This document shows positions 57,901-64,000 of a stretch of 64,000 bases of DNA, piece by piece (the first letter of the stretch is position 1; each line of letters begins with the position of its first letter). The position numbers were made by a program, and so were the translations under genes. Location of the stretch: NCBI GenBank assembly GCA_964016885.1, contig OZ024740.1, forward strand, positions 6,510,001 to 6,574,000. Reading direction: 5' to 3'. The notes beneath the pieces are model-generated. The model saw only the letters and a list, made by a program, of their open reading frames with translations, was not told where the DNA came from and ran no database searches. The stretch comes from Eledone cirrhosa. Taxonomy: Eukaryota.

Positions 57901-60900
57901 GTGGTGGATTGGCAGTATTGGTAGAGGGTCTGACACCATGGTAGGGGTGGATTGGTAGTATAGGTAGAGGGTCTGACACAATGCTAGGGTGGCGGATTGG
58001 CAGTATTGGTAGAGGGTCTGACACCATGTTAGGGTGGTGGATTGGCAGTATTGTTAGAGGGTCTGACACCATGTTAGGGTGGCGGATTGGCAGTATTGGT
58101 AGAGGGTCTGACACCATGTTAGGGTGGTGGATTGGTAGTATAGGTAGAGGGTCTGACACCATCTTAGGTGGTGGATTGGTAGTATTGGTAGAGGGTCTGA
58201 CACCATGTTAGGGTGGCGGATTGGCAGTATTGGTAGAGGGTCTGACACCAAGCTAGGGTGGTGGATTGGCAGTATTGGTAGAGGGTCTGACACCAAGTTA
58301 GGTGGTGGATTGGCAGTATTGGTAGAGGGTCTGACACAACGCTAGGGTGGCGGATTAGCAGTATTGGTAGAGGGTCTGACACCATATTAGGTGGTGGATT
58401 GGTAGTATTGGTAGAGGGTCTGACACCATGTTAGGTGGTGGATTGGCAGTATTGGTAGCGGGTCTGACACCATGTTAGAGTGGTGGATTAGTAGTATAGG
58501 TAGAGGGTCTGACACCATGGTAGGGTGGTGGATTGGCAGTATAGGTAGAGGGTCTGACACCATGTTAGGGTGGCGGATTGGCAGTATTGGTAGAGGGTCT
58601 GACACCATGCTAGGGTGGTGGATTGGCAGTATTGGTAGAGGGTCTGACACCATGTTAGGGTGGTGGATTGGCAGTATTGGTAGAGGGTCTGCCACCATGC
58701 TAGGGTGGTGGATTGGCAGTATTGGTAGAGGGTCTGACACCATGTTAGGGTGGTGGATTGGCAGTATTGGTAGAGGGTCTGACATCATGCTAGGTGGTGG
58801 ATTGTTAGTATTGGTAGAGGGTCTGACACCATGTTAGGTGGTGGATTGGCAGTATAGGTAGAGGTTCTGACACAATGCTAGGGTGGCGGATTGGCAGTAT
58901 TGGTAGAGGGTCTGACACCATGTTAGGGTCGTGGATTGGCAGTATTGGTAGAGGGTCTGACACCATGTTAGGGTGGCGGATTGGCAGTATTGGTAGAGGG
59001 TCTGACACCATGTTAGGGTGGTGGATTGGCAGTATTGGTAGAGGGTCTGATACCATGTTAGGGTGGTGGATTGGTAGTATAGGTAGAGGGTCTGACACCA
59101 TTGTAGGGTGGTGGATTGGCAATATTGGTAGAGATCTGACACCATGTTTGGGTGGTGGATTGGCAGTATTGGTAGAGGGTCTGACACCATGTTAGGCTGG
59201 AGGATTGGCAGTATTGGTAGAGGGTCTGACACCATGGTAGGGTGGTGGATTGGCAGTATTGTTAGAGGTTCTGGCACCATGTTAGGTGGTGGATTGGCAG
59301 TATTGGTAGAGGGTCTGACACCATGTTAGGGTGGTGGATTGGCAGTATTGTTAGAGGGTCTAACACCATGTTAGGGTGGTGGATGGTAGTATAGGTAGAG
59401 GGTCTGACACCATGTTAGGTGGTGGATTGGCAGTATTGGTAGAGGGCCTGACACAATGCTAGGGTGGTGGATTGGCAGTATTGTTAGAGGGGCTAACACC
59501 ATGTTAGGTGGTGGATTGGCAGTATTGGTAGAGGGTCTGACACCATGTTAGGTGGTGGATTAGCAGTATTGGTAGATGGTCAGACGCCATGGGTGGTGGA
59601 TTGGTAGTATTGGTAGAGGATCTGACACCATGGTAGGGGGTGGATTGGTAGTATAGGTAGAGGGTCTGACACCATGGTAGGGTGGCAGATTGGCAGTATT
59701 GGTAGAGGGTCTGACACAATGTTAGGGTGGTGGATTGGCAGTATTGGTAGAGGGTCTGACATCATGTTAGGGTGGTGGATTGGTAGTATAGGTAGAGGTT
59801 TTGACACCATTGTAGGGTGGTGGATTGGCAATATTGGTAGAGGGTCTAACACCATGTTAGGGTGGCGGATTGGCAGTATTGGTAGAGGGTCTGACACCAT
59901 GTTAGGGTGGAGGATTGGCAATATTGGTAGAGCTTCTGACACCATGGTAGGTGGTGGATTGGCAGTGTTTATAGAGGGTCTGACACCATGGTAGGCTGGT
60001 GGACTGGTAGTATTGGTAGAGGGTCTGACACCATGTTAGGGTGGTGGAGTGGTAGTATAGGTAGAGGGTCTGACACCATCTTAGGTGGTGGATTTGTAGT
60101 ATTGGTAGAGGGTCTGACACCATCTTAGGTGGTGGATTGGCAGTATTGGTAGAGGGTCTGACACAATGCTAGGGTGGTGGATTGGCAGTATTGTTAGAGG
60201 GGCTAACACCATGTTAGGTGGTGGATTGGCAGTATTTGTAGAGGGTCTGACACAATGCTAGGGTTGTGGATTGGCAGTATTGGTAGAGGGGCTGACACCA
60301 TTTTAGGTGGTGGATTGGCAGTATTGGTAGAGGGTCTAACACCATGTTAGGGTGGTGGATGGTAGTATAGGTAGAGGGTCTGACACCATGTTAGGGTGGT
60401 GGATTGGCAGTATTGGTAGAGGGTCTAACACCATGTTAGGGTGGTGGATGGTAGTATAGGTAGAGGGTCTGACACCATGTTAGGTGGTGGATTGGCAGTA
60501 TTGGTAGAGGGCCTGACACAATGCTAGGGTGGTGGATTGGCAGTATTGGTAGAGGGTCTGACACCATGTTAGGTGGTGGATTAGCAGTACTGGTAGATGG
60601 TCAGACGCCATGGGTGGTGGATTGGCAGCATTGGTAGAGGGTCTGACACCATGTTAGGGTGGTGGTTTGGTAGTATTGGTAGAGGGTCTGACACCATGGT
60701 AGGGGGTGGATTGGTAGTATAGGTAGAGGGTCTGACACTATGCTAGGGTGGCGGATTGGCAGTATTGGTAGAGGGTCTGACACCATGTTAGGGTGGTGGA
60801 TTGGCAGTATTGGTAGAGGGTCTGATATCATGTTAGGGTGGTTGATTGGTAGTATAGGTAGAGGGTCTGACACCATGGTAGGGTGGCAGATTGGCAGTAT

Positions 60901-63900
60901 TGGTAGAGGGTCTGACACAATGTTAGGGTGGTGGATTGGCAGTATTGGTAGAGGGTCTGACATCATGTTAGGGTGGTGGATTGGTAGTATAGGTAGAGGT
61001 TTTGACACCATTGTAGGGTGGTGGATTGGCAATATTGGTAGAGGGTCTCACACCATGTTAGGGTGGCGGATTGGCAGTATTGGTAGAGGGTCTGACACCA
61101 TGTTAGGGTGGAGGATTGGCAATATTGGTAGAGGTTCTGACACCATGGTAGGTGGTGGATTGGAAGTGTTTATAGAGGGTCTGACACCATGGTAGGCTGG
61201 TGGATTGGTAGTATTGGTAGAGGGTCTGACACCATGTTAGGGTGGTGGAGTGGTAGTATAGGTAGAGGGTCTGACACCATCTTAGGTGATGGATTGGTAA
61301 TATTGGTAGATCGTCTGACACCATGTTAGAGTGGTGGATTGGTAGTATAGGTAGAGGGTCTGACACCATCTTAGGTGGTGGATTGGTAGTATTGGTAGAG
61401 GGTCTGACACCATCTTAGGTGGTGGATTGGCAGTATTGGTAGAGGGTCTGACACAATGCTAGGGTGGTGGATTGGCAGTATTGTTAGAGGGGCTAACACC
61501 ATGTTAGGTGGTGGATTGGCAGTATTTGTAGAGGGTCTGACACAATGCTAGGGTTGTGGATTGGCAGTATTGGTAGAGGGGCTGACACCATTTTAGGTGG
61601 TGGATTGGCAGTATTGGTAGAGGGTCAGACGCCATGGGTGGTGGATTGGCATTATTGGTAGAGGGTCTGACACCATGTTAGGGTGGTGGATTGGCAGTAT
61701 AGGTAGAGGGTCTGACACCATGTTAGGGTGGTGGATTGGTAGTATAGGTAGAGGGTCTGACACAATGCTAGGGTGGCGGATTGGCAGTATTGGTAGAGGG
61801 TCTGACATCATGTTAGGTGGTGGATTGGCAGTATTGGTAGAGGGTCTGACACAATGCTAGGGTGGTGGATTGGCAGTATTGGTAAAGGGGCTGACAACAT
61901 GTTAGGTGGTGGATTGGCAGTATTGGTAGAGGGTCTGACACAATGCTAGGGTGGTGGATTGGCAGTATTGTAGAGGGTCTGACACAATGCTAGGTTGGTG
62001 GATTGGCAGTATTGGTAGAGGGTCTGACACCATGTTAGGGTGGTGGATTGGTAGTATTGTTAGAGGGTCTGACACCATGGTAGGGGTGGATTGGTAGTAT
62101 AAGTAGAGGGTCTGACACCATGTTAGGTGGTGGATTGGCAGTATTGGTAGAGGGTCTGACACCATGTTAGGTGGTGGATTGGTAGTATTGGTAGAGTGTC
62201 TGACACAATGCTAGGGTGGCGGATTGGCAGTATTGGTAGAGGGTCTGACACCATGTTAGGGTGGCGGATTGGCAGTATTGGTAGAGGGTCTGACACCATG
62301 TTAGGGTGGTGGATTGGCAGTATTGGTAGAGGGTCTGACACCGTGTTAGGGTGGTGGATTGGTAGTATTGGTAGAGGGTCTGACACCATGTTAGGTGTTG
62401 GATTGGTAGTATTGGTAGAGGGTCTGACACCATGTTAGGTAGTGGATTGGCAGTATTGGTAGAGGGTCTGACACCATTTTACGGTGGCGGATTGGCAGTA
62501 TTTGTAGAGGGTCTGACACCATGTTAGGGTGGTGGATTGGCAGTATTGGCAGCGGGTCTGACACCATGTTAGGGTGGTGGATTGGTAGTATAGGTAGAGG
62601 GTCTGACACCATGGTAGGGTTGTGGATTGGCAGTATAGGTAGAGGGTCTGACACCATGTTAGGGTGGCGGATTGGCAGTATTGGTAGAGGGTCTGACACC
62701 ATGCTAGGGTGGTGGATTGGCAGTATTGGTAGAGGGTCTGACACCATGTTAGGTGGGGGATTGGCAGTATTGGTAGAGGGTCTGACACCATGGTAGAGTG
62801 GTAGATTGGCAGTATTGTTAGAGGGTCTGACACAATGCTAGGGTGGTGGATTGGCAGTATTGGTAGAGGGGCTGACACCATGTTAGGTGGTGGATTGGCA
62901 GTATTGGTAGAGGGTTTGACACAATGCTAGGGTGGTGGATTGGCAGTATAGTTAGAGGGTCTGACACCATGTTAGGGTGGTGGATTGGCAGTATTGGTAG
63001 AGGGTCTGACACCATGGTAGGGGTGGATTGGTAGTATAGGTAGAGGGTCTGACACAATGCTAGGGTGGCGGATTGGCAGTATTGGTAGAGGGTCTGACAC
63101 CATGTTAGGGTGGTGGATTGGCAGTATTGTTAGAGGGTCTGACACCATGTTAGGGTGGCGGATTGGCAGTATTGGTAGAGGGTCTGACACCATGTTAGGG
63201 TGGTGGATTGGTAGTATAGGTAGAGGGTCTGACACCATCTTAGGTGGTGGATTGGTAGTATTGGTAGAGGGTCTGACACCATGTTAGGGTGGCGGATTGG
63301 CAGTATTGGTAGAGGGTCTGACACCAAGCTAGGGTGGTGGATTGGCAGTATTGGTAGAGGGTCTGACACCAAGTTAGGTGGTGGATTGGCAGTATTGGTA
63401 GAGGGTCTGACACAACGCTAGGGTGGCGGATTAGCAGTATTGGTAGAGGGTCTGACACCATATTAGGTGGTGGATTGGTAGTATTGGTAGAGGGTCTGAC
63501 ACCATGTTAGGTGGTGGATTGGCAGTATAGGTAGAGGTTCTGACACAATGCTAGGGTGGCGGATAGGCAGTATTGGTAGAGGGTCTGACACCATGTTAGG
63601 GTGGTGGATTGGCAGTATTGGTAGAGGGTCTGACACCATGTTAGGGTGGCGGATTGGCAGTATTGGTAGGGGGTCTGACACCATGTTAGGGTGGTGGATT
63701 GGCAGTATTGGTAGAGGGTCTGATACCATGTTAGGGTGGTGGATTGGTAGTATAGGTAGAGGGTCTGACACCATTGTAGGGTGGTGGATTGGCAATATTG
63801 GTAGAGATCTGACACCATGTTAGGTGGTGGATTGGTAGTATTGGTAGAGGGTCTGACACCATGGTAGGTGGTGGATTGGTAGTATTGGTAGAGGGTCTGA

Positions 63901-64000
63901 CACCATGTTCGGTGGTGGATTGGTAGTATTGGTAGAGGGTCTGACACCTTGTTAGGGTGGAGGATTGGCAGTATTGGTAGAGGGTCTGACACCATGGTAG
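15902..64000 (+). repeat. 44/45-bp G-rich tandem satellite (TTAG(G)GTGGTGGATTGGCAGTATTGGTAGAGGGTCTGACACCATG), ~48 kb, ~1,080 monomers, continuing past the window edge
   Basis: Uninterrupted head-to-tail monomers in a single orientation, with recurrent variants (ACAATGCTAG, GGTAGT, TATAGG, and a 42-bp CAGACGCCATGGG form). Copy number estimated as length divided by ~44.5. Confidence 0.98.

Noticed and set aside
15947-63995. Hundreds of ORFs (MVSDPLPILPIHHPN, MLGWWIGSIGRGSDT and WCQTLYQYCQSTTLT repeats)
   Set aside because: A 45-bp monomer equals 15 codons without stops in some frames. The 44-bp variants shift frame constantly, and the sequence derives from a SINE head, so there is no sign of coding constraint.
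15902-64000. CRISPR-like array
   Set aside because: No unique spacers, monomers are contiguous, the context is eukaryotic and no cas genes are present.
15902-64000. True telomere tract or tandem tRNA gene cluster
   Set aside because: TTAGGG occurs at most once per monomer, not in tandem. Monomers lack a B box/T-arm and cannot form a cloverleaf.

Overview
Eukaryotic, repeat-only window with no host gene detected. The SINE and LINE types and the microsatellite style suggest a cephalopod (octopus-like) genome; this is inference. The first ~15.9 kb is a mosaic of decayed retroelements: two RTE-type LINE pieces, two CR1-type LINE pieces, a Penelope-like RT fragment and six tRNA-derived SINE copies from two families. 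It also holds microsatellites and two 32-bp minisatellites. The main discovery is a cluster of hammerhead ribozyme (HHR) folds at 5.8-11.9 kb. A 316-bp x 6.5 near-perfect tandem array carries one type I HHR per unit (minus strand) with a compensatory U3-A8 core and a ~28-bp stem I, consistent with a retrozyme/circRNA-producing array. An unrelated pair of type I HHRs lies 443 bp apart, and two decayed HHR relics are nearby. From ~15,902 to the window end runs a ~48-kb, ~1,080-copy 44/45-bp G-rich satellite. Its monomer is the amplified 5' A-box head of the local SINE family, usually contains TTAGGG/TTAGG, and is organised in nested kb-scale higher-order duplications. All satellite ORFs are judged artefacts.
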